Assembly (NCBI GenBank): GCA_964460165.1
Contig: CAYWPS010000003.1
Location: 1 to 63,060 of the forward strand
Reading direction: 5' to 3'
Source of the DNA: an uncultured Ruminococcus sp.
Lineage (GTDB): Bacteria; Bacillota; Clostridia; Oscillospirales; CAG-272
Length of the DNA stretch: 63,060 nt
Part shown: piece after piece, positions 9,357 through 17,895 of the stretch
How positions within the stretch are numbered: position 1 is the first letter of the stretch
Layout: each line of letters starts with the position of its first letter
Made by a program: the position numbers and the translations under genes
Notes under the pieces: generated by a model
The model's database searches: none
Told to the model about the DNA's origin: nothing
The model's input: the letters and a program-made list of their open reading frames with translations, nothing else

Positions 9357-9804
9357 TTACGGATTTTTTGACAGCGCGGTGGAGGCAGAGCTGTCCTGTG
9401 CGGGTGTATTCGCCTCGGTTACCAAGGGCACGAGCATGCGGCCGCTTTTCAAGACTAACAGGGATATTGTAATATTGAAGAGAGCGGATGCCGAGCCGAA
9501 AAAATACGACGTCGTGCTGTATAAAACTTGCACAGGCAAATACATTTTACATAGGATAATAAAGGTTCTTCCCGCCAGCTTCGTTATAAGAGGGGACAAC
9601 ACCTTCGCCACCGAATATGTGGAGAAGGGCAGGATATTAGCCGTTCTGACCGAATTTAACAGAAAAGGCAGGAAGCATTCTGTCACAGACCTCGGGTACC
9701 GTCTGTATTCACGGATATGGAATTTCATTTATCCCATAAGATTTCTCGCCCATAAGGCGCTTAGCCTCGCTCGCGCGGGAGTCAGGAGAATATTTAAGCG
9801 ATAA
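9349..9804 (+). CDS. S24/S26-family (signal-peptidase-I/LexA-like) serine peptidase
   Basis: GTSMRPLF (Ser nucleophile context) and RGDN motifs. The start MDNYGFF at 9349 overlaps the PqqD-like stop by 8 nt. Confidence 0.7.
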   Translation: MDNYGFFDSAVEAELSCAGVFASVTKGTSMRPLFKTNRDIVILKRADAEPKKYDVVLYKTCTGKYILHRIIKVLPASFVIRGDNTFATEYVEKGRILAVLTEFNRKGRKHSVTDLGYRLYSRIWNFIYPIRFLAHKALSLARAGVRRIFKR

Positions 9805-9806
9805 GA

Positions 9807-9840
9807 ACATCCCCTCGTCACCGAAGGGGTGTTTTGTTTT
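9807..9840 (+). terminator. Intrinsic terminator after the peptidase gene
   Basis: ACATCCCCTCG TCAC CGAAGGGGTGT followed by TTTTGTTTT. Confidence 0.7.
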
Positions 9841-9895
9841 TTGTATAAAAAATCGGAAAATTCTGCGCCAAAAACAAAAAATGCAAAAAAAATTA

Positions 9896-9924
9896 TTGAC
9901 ATTGCTTGCGTTGTGTGTTATAAT
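9896..9924 (+). promoter_or_regulatory. Consensus sigma-A promoter of the arsR-HMA-ATPase operon
   Basis: TTGACA (9896-9901), 17-nt spacer, TATAAT (9919-9924) with a TGn extension. Confidence 0.8.
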
Positions 9925-9934
9925 CAAACAAACG

Positions 9935-9952
9935 GTTGAATAACCGTTCAAC
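9935..9952. promoter_or_regulatory. Candidate ArsR/SmtB operator (inverted repeat GTTGAA-N6-TTCAAC)
   Basis: 6-6-6 palindrome GTTGAATAACCGTTCAAC immediately downstream of the -10. The TGAA...TTCA core resembles ArsR/SmtB operators. It overlaps a second palindrome, AACGGTT-GAAT-AACCGTT. Confidence 0.55.
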
Positions 9953-9967
9953 TATAAAGGAGTCAAA

Positions 9968-10336
9968 ATGAAAGAAAAAAGGAAAGAATCTCTCACCGAG
10001 TGTGAGGCGCACGAGGAGGATAGCGAGCTTATAGAGAAGGGTAAGGCGCTCTTACCTGAAATGACCGAGCTTTACGATCTCTCGGACTTTTTCAAGGTGC
10101 TGGGCGATTCCACCAGACTCGGCATACTGTTTGCCATTGACGGCGCTCCCATGTGCGTTTGCGATATAGCGTCGGCTCTCGGAATGACCAAGTCCGCGGT
10201 TTCCCATCAGCTTAAGGTTTTGAGACAAAATCGCCTCGTTAAGTACAGCAAGGCAGGCAAGAACGTGTTTTACGAGCCATCGGATGACCATGTCCGCGAC
10301 ATTATCGAGAAGGCTCTCGAGCATATAGAAGAATAA
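9968..10336 (+). CDS. ArsR/SmtB-family metal-sensing transcriptional repressor
   Basis: 122-aa ORF. wHTH with LGDSTRLGILFAI...MCVCDIASALGMTKSAVSHQLKVLR, including a CVC metal site. AAGGAG RBS. Confidence 0.85.
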   Translation: MKEKRKESLTECEAHEEDSELIEKGKALLPEMTELYDLSDFFKVLGDSTRLGILFAIDGAPMCVCDIASALGMTKSAVSHQLKVLRQNRLVKYSKAGKNVFYEPSDDHVRDIIEKALEHIEE

Positions 10337-10366
10337 CGGTAATAAATTTAAAAAAGGAGAATAGAT

Positions 10367-10579
10367 ATGAAATTCAAATTTACTATTGAGGGACTTGACT
10401 GTCCCAACTGCGCCGCAAAGCTTGCGGTCATGATGGAGAAGCTTGACGGAGTGGATTCTGCCAAGATTAACTTCCTTTCCGAGAAGCTGACCGTTGAGTC
10501 ATCCCTTGAGGAAGGCGTCCTTCTCGATGGACTTCGCAGGACCGCCAACGCTTTTGAGTCAGGTATAACTATCAAATAA
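10367..10579 (+). CDS. Stand-alone heavy-metal-associated (HMA) domain protein
   Basis: 70-aa ORF with GLDCPNCAAKL (CxxC) in a ferredoxin-like HMA context. Sits directly upstream of the P-type ATPase. Confidence 0.75.
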   Translation: MKFKFTIEGLDCPNCAAKLAVMMEKLDGVDSAKINFLSEKLTVESSLEEGVLLDGLRRTANAFESGITIK

Positions 10580-10580
10580 T

Positions 10581-12404
10581 ATGAAGAAATTAATCAAAAA
10601 CGAGCTCTTTAAGATAATCGCCGGCTTGTGCTTTTTCATACCCGGCGCCATCCTTTCGCATCTTGGTTATGAGATAATCTCGCTTGTCCTCCTTATAGCC
10701 GCGCTTCTTATATCGGGACTCTCGGTCTTTATCGGCGCGGTGAAGGGAATTATCCGCCGTGACTTCCTTGACGAAAAGTTCCTTATGTCAATAGCATCCG
10801 TCGGCGCGTTTATTATAGGTGAAGCGACCGAGGGCGTTGCCGTAATGCTGTTCTTCCTCGTGGGAGAGTATTTCGAGCACAAGGCAGTCAGAAAGAGCCG
10901 CAACTCTATTAAGGAGCTGCTTGACATCTGTCCGGATACCGCCCGCGTTATCGTTGACGGCGAGGAGCGTGAGGAGGATGCCGAGGATGTTGAGGTCGGC
11001 TCGACCATACTCGTCCGTCCCGGAGAGCGTATGCCGATAGACTCGCGCATTATTTCGGGAGCGTGCAGGCTTGATACATCCTCTCTTACGGGTGAGTCTA
11101 TGCCTCGTGACGCTATGGCGGGCGACGAGGTTGACAGCGGCGTTGTGGTGCTTGACGGAGCGGTCACCTGCGTTACGCTGAGAAGTCACTCCGCATCTCG
11201 CGCGTCGATAGTTCTTGAGCTTGTAGAAAATGCGAGAGAGCGCAAGTCAAAGGAAGAAAACTTCATCACCAAATTCTCGAGAGTATATACTCCGACCGTT
11301 ACCGCGCTTGCGGTTCTCATGGCGATAATTCCGTGGATTTCGGGACTTCTTACGTGGCAGAGCTCGGTTTACCGCGCGTTATCCTTCCTTGTCGTTTCCT
11401 GCCCCTGCGCCCTCGTCATATCCGTTCCGATGGCATTCTTCGGCGGTATAGGCGCGGCGGCGTCGCGTGGAATTTTATACAAGGGAGGCAACACGTTCTC
11501 CCCGGTAGCGCACGTTGAAAGAGTTGTTTTTGACAAGACGGGCACGCTTACGACAGGTGAGTTTTCGGTAGCGAAAATACATTCTGTCATAGATGAAGCG
11601 GAGCTTCTTTCTCTTGTCTCCTCAGCTGAACATAATTCCAACCATCCCATCGCGAGGTGCTTGAAATCGCTTGCTCCCGGCGCGGCGCCTGCGGACGGCA
11701 TACGCGACGTTCCCGGTAAGGGCATCGTAGCCACCGTAGGAGCGGATGAGATAGCCGTGGGCAACCCTCTGCTTATGCAGGACGTTGGGGCGCAGATCGC
11801 TGAGCAGGGCTATTCGGTTTACGTTGCACGCAACGGTGAGTATATAGGCGCGGTTCTCGTGCGCGATACCCTCAAGAGCGAGGCTAAGGATGCGATAGCA
11901 TCGCTCCGTAAGCTCGGCGTTAAGAGGACGTATATCCTCTCGGGCGACCGCGAGAGCGAGGTCGCATCGGTTGGCAGCGAGCTTGGCATCGATACAGTGT
12001 ATCACGAGCTTATGCCGGAGGATAAATACCGCATACTCGAGGAAATAATCGAGGATTCGCAAGGCGGTGTAGTCTACGTCGGTGACGGTATAAACGACGC
12101 TCCTTGCTTAACGCGCGCTGACGTCGGTATTGCAATGGGCGGAAAAGGCACGGACAGTGCCATAGAGTCCGCAGATGCTGTTATTATCTCCGACAATCTT
12201 ACAAAGCTTTCGGATACCGTCCGCATAGCGCGCAAGACTCTCAATATCTCAAAGCAGAATATTGTATTTGCAATTGGCGTTAAGGTGTTGGCAATGATTC
12301 TCGTTGCAACCGGACTTGTCGGAATGTGGATGGCGGTGTTTGCCGACGTCGGCGTAGCCGTCCTTGCTATCCTTAATTCGATGCGTACCTTAAAAGTTAA
12401 ATGA
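10581..12404 (+). CDS. Heavy-metal-translocating P1B-type ATPase (Cd/Zn/Co-type, CPC motif)
   Basis: 607-aa ORF with CPCALVISVP, DKTGTLT, SNHP and VGDGINDAP motifs. It has no N-terminal HMA domain; that domain is encoded separately upstream. Confidence 0.9.
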   Translation: MKKLIKNELFKIIAGLCFFIPGAILSHLGYEIISLVLLIAALLISGLSVFIGAVKGIIRRDFLDEKFLMSIASVGAFIIGEATEGVAVMLFFLVGEYFEHKAVRKSRNSIKELLDICPDTARVIVDGEEREEDAEDVEVGSTILVRPGERMPIDSRIISGACRLDTSSLTGESMPRDAMAGDEVDSGVVVLDGAVTCVTLRSHSASRASIVLELVENARERKSKEENFITKFSRVYTPTVTALAVLMAIIPWISGLLTWQSSVYRALSFLVVSCPCALVISVPMAFFGGIGAAASRGILYKGGNTFSPVAHVERVVFDKTGTLTTGEFSVAKIHSVIDEAELLSLVSSAEHNSNHPIARCLKSLAPGAAPADGIRDVPGKGIVATVGADEIAVGNPLLMQDVGAQIAEQGYSVYVARNGEYIGAVLVRDTLKSEAKDAIASLRKLGVKRTYILSGDRESEVASVGSELGIDTVYHELMPEDKYRILEEIIEDSQGGVVYVGDGINDAPCLTRADVGIAMGGKGTDSAIESADAVIISDNLTKLSDTVRIARKTLNISKQNIVFAIGVKVLAMILVATGLVGMWMAVFADVGVAVLAILNSMRTLKVK

Positions 12405-12420
12405 CATATTTTACAGAGAA

Positions 12421-12448
12421 ACGGCACCTGCTTTCTTGCAGGTGCCGT
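12421..12448. terminator. Bidirectional terminator between convergent genes
   Basis: 11-bp stem ACGGCACCTGC / GCAGGTGCCGT, 6-nt loop, followed by TTTTTT. Confidence 0.8.
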
Positions 12449-12459
12449 CAATTTTTTAT

Positions 12460-14388
12460 TTATTCTTCCGGTTGAGCTTCTATCGGAGCTTCTATCGGAA
12501 CTACCTCGATCTTTGTGTCGTCGGTAATGTAGAGATAACCGTCGTCAACAAAGGCTCTTACTCTGTCGGGAGTACCGAATTTGATGCGTACCGACACAAC
12601 CTCGACGAGCTCATATCCATCGAATGCAAGGAGCACGTACGTGTCGTATGTTTTTCCAGTTTCCTTGTCATACAGATAGTCAATGCCGAATCCGAAGAGA
12701 TTGTTCTCACGGTTTACGTAATATGACTTGTAATCGGTGGAATATACACCATCAAAGAGGTATTTATCCACGCTTTCTACCTTGCCGTCAAGTTCCTCAT
12801 AGACCTCTACCTTTCCGTATTGTGAATCTTCCTCGCCGATACCGAGCAGGAAGCCGTCACCGAGCTGGATAAGCGAAGAGGAGAAGCCCTCTATTTCGCC
12901 CGTGTCGGTGTAGGTTATGTTTGCGTAATCCGAAAGGTCGAAGAAATATACAGGGTCGGAGAAGGTTACGACTACCGCCGTGCAGACGTATGCGGTGTCA
13001 CCGTCAAAGCGTACCGATACTGCCTCCTCACCCTCGGGCGCGAAGTCCTTTACCTCCGCTATCTTTTCGAGTCCCTCGAGCTTGAATACAGTGAGGCTTG
13101 CGCTCTCGCGCTTGTCGCCGATGAGGATATCAACATCAGCATTTTCCTCATTTTCACCGAAGCAGTAGTCGTTGGTTGACGTAACGACTCTTAAGTATCC
13201 GTCCTTCTCGTCCATGCTGTACTGATCCTTGATGAAGCCCTCTACTGTGAGTATGCCTTTGTTTTCAAGGCTGTCACCGGTGTAGCCGAGCACCACAATA
13301 TCGCTCTTATCCATAACAACATATGAGGAATTTTCCTCGGAGATCGTTATTTGATCCTCATACTCGCGCGTTACGTAAACGTTATTTTCGGATACGTAGA
13401 TATCGTTATAGAAGTTCAAAAGAGCATTTGCACCGAGCAGCTCGAGTGAGCCCTCGCTCATCAGCGCAACCACGCTGTAACGCATATTCGTGAGCTTTTC
13501 GGGGTAAATTATATCCTTGAACTTTATGCATTCAGTCACACCGTTATCGGTTATCTTGGGCACGTATGTTTCGGGCTTGTCATACTCGATCTGCTTTGCA
13601 CTTACGGAATATTCGGTGATGAGCAGGAGCTTTCCGTCAACCATTCTTGACGAGTTGTACGAGCCGTCAACTGATATCATTTTCGTCGCTTTTATATTAG
13701 CAAGATCGCTCACGTCGATAGACATTACGCCTATCTTGCTCTTGTAGCTTCTGTCGTTGTACTTTTTGATGACGGTAACCGTCTTGCCATCGCCGGAAAG
13801 ATACATCTCGGTATTGTAACCGCGTGAATTGTATTCATCCTCGAATGCGGGCAGATCAAAGGATGCGACAGCTGTGGTTGCTTCCTTATCTATCGTATAT
13901 ACCGTGAGCACGCCTACTCCGATACGGAAGATATGAGTATCGGTTCTCTTTAAGAGGTCTGCCTCGATAACGCCGGCTACCTGGTTATCGGTTGTCTCAA
14001 CGTAGCCTCCGTCACTCTCGGGAGCGCTGGCGTCGTAATCAACGGCTACGTCACCGTTGAGTAAGCCGCCGAACAGTCCGCTTCCGATAGTACTGATAAC
14101 CGCCGTGAGATATTGGAAATTGTTTTTGTAAGGATTGGGGGTATATCTGTAATCGGATATGGTCTCGATGAGAGGGAAGTACTCCGATTGCTGATATGCC
14201 GTAAGATCGGGTTCATCATTCTTAAGCGGGATGAACAGGTATAGGCTTAGCGCGATCACCAATGCGAAGCACGCTACGCGTCCCAAAATTTTAAGTGGGG
14301 ATGAAGAAGCTTTCATTTTCGGTTCTGCCTCCTTTACGTATTTTTCGTCAATGAAGCTTAGTGATGTAAGTAACCTTTTGTTTTTCAT
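12460..14388 (-). CDS. Membrane-anchored beta-propeller-domain protein (COG4880-like), probable partner or anti-sigma of the upstream ECF sigma
   Basis: 642-aa ORF. The N-terminal SFIDEKYVKEAEP box is followed by one TM helix, then a long beta-rich region. Its start overlaps the sigma stop (ATGA). Confidence 0.6.
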   Translation of the reverse strand: MKNKRLLTSLSFIDEKYVKEAEPKMKASSSPLKILGRVACFALVIALSLYLFIPLKNDEPDLTAYQQSEYFPLIETISDYRYTPNPYKNNFQYLTAVISTIGSGLFGGLLNGDVAVDYDASAPESDGGYVETTDNQVAGVIEADLLKRTDTHIFRIGVGVLTVYTIDKEATTAVASFDLPAFEDEYNSRGYNTEMYLSGDGKTVTVIKKYNDRSYKSKIGVMSIDVSDLANIKATKMISVDGSYNSSRMVDGKLLLITEYSVSAKQIEYDKPETYVPKITDNGVTECIKFKDIIYPEKLTNMRYSVVALMSEGSLELLGANALLNFYNDIYVSENNVYVTREYEDQITISEENSSYVVMDKSDIVVLGYTGDSLENKGILTVEGFIKDQYSMDEKDGYLRVVTSTNDYCFGENEENADVDILIGDKRESASLTVFKLEGLEKIAEVKDFAPEGEEAVSVRFDGDTAYVCTAVVVTFSDPVYFFDLSDYANITYTDTGEIEGFSSSLIQLGDGFLLGIGEEDSQYGKVEVYEELDGKVESVDKYLFDGVYSTDYKSYYVNRENNLFGFGIDYLYDKETGKTYDTYVLLAFDGYELVEVVSVRIKFGTPDRVRAFVDDGYLYITDDTKIEVVPIEAPIEAQPEE

Positions 14389-14936
14389 ATGCTGATACCT
14401 GCCTTCTCAAGATAAGCCTTGAATTTTTCTCTCGTACGCATAAGGCTGACCTTGATATTACTGACCGAGGTCTTTATGTCAAGCGATATCTCCTTTATCG
14501 GCATCATATAGAAGTATCTCTTAACGAATATCTGGCGCTGTGTCTTCGGTAAAGACCTGAGGAAGCCGTTGATAGCATCCCTTAAGGCGATATCGTCGGA
14601 TATCGGCCCCGCCGTATCCGGCACACACTCCGCGAACTCCTCGAAGACTCGCTCGGTTGCTGTTGCCTCATACCGCGCCTTGTTTTGCAGATAGCGATTT
14701 ATTGACAGATTTCTCGTTATCTTGCTTAAAAACGCGGAGAGGAAGCTCGGCCTTTGGGGCGGCATAGCCCGCCACGCTCTCATATACGTGTCGTTTACGC
14801 ACTCGTCCGAGTCCGGCGCCGAGTGCAGAATAGAGAACGCCACGTGATGGAGAAGCTTGCCGTATTTAGCGCCCGTCTCCTCAATAGCGCGCTCGTCGCG
14901 CATAAAATAGAGGTCGATTATTCTGTTGTCATCCAT
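14385..14936 (-). CDS. ECF-type RNA polymerase sigma-70 family factor
   Basis: Region 2 (DECVNDTYMRAW) and region 4 (MMPIKEISLDIKTSVSNIKVSLMRTREK). Start set at MDDNRII (14936) with a GAGGTGA RBS. Confidence 0.85.
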   Translation of the reverse strand: MDDNRIIDLYFMRDERAIEETGAKYGKLLHHVAFSILHSAPDSDECVNDTYMRAWRAMPPQRPSFLSAFLSKITRNLSINRYLQNKARYEATATERVFEEFAECVPDTAGPISDDIALRDAINGFLRSLPKTQRQIFVKRYFYMMPIKEISLDIKTSVSNIKVSLMRTREKFKAYLEKAGISI

Positions 14937-15060
14937 ATCATCACCTCGGTGTGTGACCGCTCGCGTAAGCAGTCGGTTTGTTGAATTCAACCTGCCTTCA
15001 TCCTATATGACAAGTGAAAAAAGTAAAAGGTTACAGGAAAATGAAAATTTCTCCAAAATT

Positions 15061-15089
15061 ATTTTATCAAATATTGCGTCGCTTGTCAA
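15061..15089 (-). promoter_or_regulatory. Sigma-A-type promoter for the ECF sigma operon
   Basis: Minus strand: TTGACA (15084-15089), 17-nt spacer, TGaTAAAAT (-10 at 15061-15066). Confidence 0.6.
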
Positions 15090-15111
15090 TAGACCGCATC
15101 CTTGGACGCAT

Positions 15112-15135
15112 TTCATGTCGATCTTCATGTCGATC
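15112..15135. repeat. Perfect tandem 12-mer (TTCATGTCGATC x2) upstream of the ECF sigma promoter
   Basis: TTCATGTCGATCTTCATGTCGATC read directly. About 25-50 nt upstream of the -35 on the minus strand, so a possible direct-repeat regulator site. Confidence 0.5.
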
Positions 15136-15167
15136 GCTACCGTTTTGCGTAAATTCCATACAAAAAA

Positions 15168-15280
15168 CCTGCTAAATAAAGTCAATAGGTTTTAATAAAA
15201 AAGTTAAAATAGTTTGCGCTCTTTTTTACTTCGCAAAAATTCTTAATTTTTCTATAAACCTATTAATCTTATTTAGCAGG
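15168..15280. repeat. Long imperfect inverted repeat flanked by an A-run and a T-run (possible bidirectional terminator downstream of smpB)
   Basis: CCTGCTAAATAA...ATAGGTTT at 15168-15193 pairs with AAACCTAT...TTATTTAGCAGG at 15257-15280. The flanks are AAAAAA and TTTTTT. Confidence 0.45.
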
Positions 15281-15315
15281 TTTTTTGGGCTCGCCCGAGT
15301 GCGACGCCCGTTATT

Positions 15316-15783
15316 TTAGTAACGCTCCTTCATAGCTCTTTCGATATCTCTGTCCGCATCCCGCCTTGCGATATCCTCGCGCTTGTCGTAGTTTTTCTTA
15401 CCCTTGCACAGACCGAGCGCCATCTTTACTCTCGAGCCCTTAAAGTAGAGAGAGAGTGGGACCAGCGTATATCCCTCGCGGGATACGAGACCCGTAAGCT
15501 TCATTATCTCTGCCTTGTGCAGCAGGAGCTTTTTCGGGCGCAGGGGCTCGCGGTTAAAGATATTTCCTTGCTCATAGGGGCTTATATGCACGCCGAGCGC
15601 GAACATCTCGCCCTTATCTATCTCGCAGTACGAGTCCTTGAGGTTACATCCGCCCGCGCGGAGTGATTTCACCTCCGTACCAAAGAGCTCAATGCCTGCC
15701 TCGTAGGTTTCTATTACGAAATAATCGTGTCTTGCCTTTCTGTTATCGGCGATTATTCTTGAATCAGTCTTTTTCTCTGCCAT
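15316..15783 (-). CDS. smpB: SsrA-binding protein SmpB
   Basis: NRKARHDYFV...GTEVKS...LLLHKAEI signature. Start set at MAEKK (15783) with GGAG upstream. Confidence 0.9.
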   Translation of the reverse strand: MAEKKTDSRIIADNRKARHDYFVIETYEAGIELFGTEVKSLRAGGCNLKDSYCEIDKGEMFALGVHISPYEQGNIFNREPLRPKKLLLHKAEIMKLTGLVSREGYTLVPLSLYFKGSRVKMALGLCKGKKNYDKREDIARRDADRDIERAMKERY

Positions 15784-15846
15784 TGGTATCTCCATAAAGG
15801 AATTTTACTCTATTTTAACATAACGAAAGAGCAAAATCAACCGTTT

Positions 15847-16446
15847 TTATGAAAACGCCTCGGAGAATACCTCTAGTATTTTGAATTTTACGTTGTAGCC
15901 CCCGTCTGTAATCAGGGTGTATTCTTCCTTTGTATAACCCACCACGGCATCGTCACGCGGCGCGTCCTCGGTCGCAATATCCAGGCAGAGCGGGGGATAC
16001 ATAACGCACCACCAGTTCTTGCCCTCCGCCTCGCCGAGCATTATACGCAGTGACGTGTAATATCCTTTGGGCAGGGTAAAGTCCTCGTACTCGCGCGTGT
16101 CGTACCACTCGATCCCGACGTCAACCTCGCACCCATAGTCAAATCCGCTCTCGCGCATCCAGCCTTCGACGTCGCTCTCTATCTCTGGCGCGAGATCTTC
16201 GACCCTTTCCTTTGCGCTCTCGGCGTTATCCGCGCCTGAGAGCAGCTGTCCGTATTTTGCCAGCAGCTTGTCTCTTATTTCGTATTTCAGCCTCTGGTCA
16301 TTCTCGGAGTCCGAGCTTGCGAGAATATGTAGCCTCAATGTATCCTCGTAGATGGCAGCGTCGTTTTCAGTCGGCATAACCGCAAAAATCAGTGTGATTC
16401 CCAAGATAAGCACGCCTGTCAGTAAAAAATCAGAATTTTTTTTCAT
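15847..16446 (-). CDS. spoIIR: Stage II sporulation protein R (SpoIIR)
   Basis: LRLHILASSDSxxDQxLK and GKNWWCVMYPPLCL motifs. Start at MKKNSDF (16446) with an AGGAGA RBS. Confidence 0.85.
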   Translation of the reverse strand: MKKNSDFLLTGVLILGITLIFAVMPTENDAAIYEDTLRLHILASSDSENDQRLKYEIRDKLLAKYGQLLSGADNAESAKERVEDLAPEIESDVEGWMRESGFDYGCEVDVGIEWYDTREYEDFTLPKGYYTSLRIMLGEAEGKNWWCVMYPPLCLDIATEDAPRDDAVVGYTKEEYTLITDGGYNVKFKILEVFSEAFS

Positions 16447-16589
16447 TTTTGTATCTCCTTTCTTTGTTGCATTATTGACAATCAAAAATGGCATTATTCA
16501 CAAAAAGAGGAAAAAGCTTACACCTTTGTTGACTTTTTATTTCCGCTGTGCTAAAATGACCTTGTAAAAATATTTTAAGGAGAAACATT

Positions 16590-17777
16590 ATGCTTCCTAA
16601 CATTCCCGTGATCAATAATCCCGATAAGTATTCCGACTTCCGCGTGTCTCGCGAGAAGCTCGAGCACGCTCTTGAGGTATGCCTCAAGCAGATCGACAAG
16701 GGCATAAATGACTTTGGATCTATTTTCCCGAGAGAGTTCAGCCAGAACAATGTTTACGGTACTATGGAAAACGTAGCAGGCTGGGGTAACGGCTTCTGGA
16801 CGGGTATCCTTTGGCACGCTTATCAGCTCACGGGCAACGAGAAATACAAGGACGTTGCGCTTTCTCATATTCCCAGCTATACCAAGAGAATTACCGAGAA
16901 GATCGGCGTCAATCATCACGATATGGGCTTCCTGTTTACTCCCTCTTGCGTAGCGGCGTATAAGCTCGCGGGCAACGAGGAGGGCAAGGCTGCCGCCATC
17001 ATGGCTGCCGACCACCTTCTCTCTCGCTATCAGGATAAGGGCGAGTTCATTCAGGCTTGGGGTAACGTATCCGATCCCAAGGACTACCGCCTTATCGTAG
17101 ACTGCCTGCTTAACATTCCGCTTCTTTACTGGACTGCGGAGGTTACGGGTGACGAGTCCTATTCAGTGAAGGCGTTCAAGCACTTCAATTCAACCGTTGA
17201 CAACGTTTGCCGCGCTGACGCGAGCACGTATCACACGTATTACTTCGATCCCGAGACCGGTCTTCCCGTAAGAGGCTGCACTCATCAGGGCGCGTACGAC
17301 GACTCCGCTTGGGGACGCGGTCAGGCTTGGGGCATTTACGGTCCTCTCCTTACCTACATATACAAAAAGGATGAGAAGGCTATGAAGATCTTTAAGGCTA
17401 CCACCAACTATCTTCTTAACAATCTCCCCTCTGACTACGTAGCGTATTGGGATCTTTGCTACAACGACGGATCGGATCAGCCCAGAGATACGTCCACCAA
17501 CGCTATCGCTATGTGCGGTATGCTCGAGGGTATCAAGCATATGGACGAGAACGATCCTCTCCGTAGTATCTACGTCAACGCTGTCAACAGAATGATGGAC
17601 GTTCTTATCGACCGCCACCTTCCCGAGAATGACGAGAACTCTAACGGAATCCTTCTTAACCAGACATACGCTCTTCCCCAGGGTATAGGCATCGACGAGC
17701 ACAACATCTGGGGCGACTACTTCTTTATGGAGGCGCTTCACAGAATGCTCGATCCCGATTGGAAGCTTTATTGGTGA
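16590..17777 (+). CDS. Glycoside hydrolase family 88 (unsaturated glucuronyl/rhamnogalacturonyl hydrolase-like)
   Basis: 395-aa ORF with the GFWTGILW, HHDMGF, WGRGQAW and YWDL motifs characteristic of GH88/GH105-type (alpha/alpha)6 hydrolases. Confidence 0.75.
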   Translation: MLPNIPVINNPDKYSDFRVSREKLEHALEVCLKQIDKGINDFGSIFPREFSQNNVYGTMENVAGWGNGFWTGILWHAYQLTGNEKYKDVALSHIPSYTKRITEKIGVNHHDMGFLFTPSCVAAYKLAGNEEGKAAAIMAADHLLSRYQDKGEFIQAWGNVSDPKDYRLIVDCLLNIPLLYWTAEVTGDESYSVKAFKHFNSTVDNVCRADASTYHTYYFDPETGLPVRGCTHQGAYDDSAWGRGQAWGIYGPLLTYIYKKDEKAMKIFKATTNYLLNNLPSDYVAYWDLCYNDGSDQPRDTSTNAIAMCGMLEGIKHMDENDPLRSIYVNAVNRMMDVLIDRHLPENDENSNGILLNQTYALPQGIGIDEHNIWGDYFFMEALHRMLDPDWKLYW

Positions 17778-17793
17778 TCTTCAGAAATAATAA

Positions 17794-17830
17794 AAGCCAA
17801 AGAGGCATTTTTCGTCTCTTTGGCTTTTTT
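17794..17830 (+). terminator. Intrinsic terminator after the GH88 gene
   Basis: AAGCCAAAGAG ... CTCTTTGGCTT followed by TTTTT. Confidence 0.8.
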
Positions 17831-17895
17831 ATTTTGCATATCGGGTGACATAGGGGAATACTATTATTACAGTAAGATATGGAAGGAAAAATGGT

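Noticed and set aside
14991-15315. tmRNA (ssrA) expected downstream of smpB.
   Set aside because: There is no tRNA-Ala-like acceptor end (GGGG...CCACCA), no T-arm and no tag-peptide reading frame ending in ...ALAA-stop on either strand. The interval is AT-rich and holds a promoter, a tandem 12-mer and a long palindrome instead.
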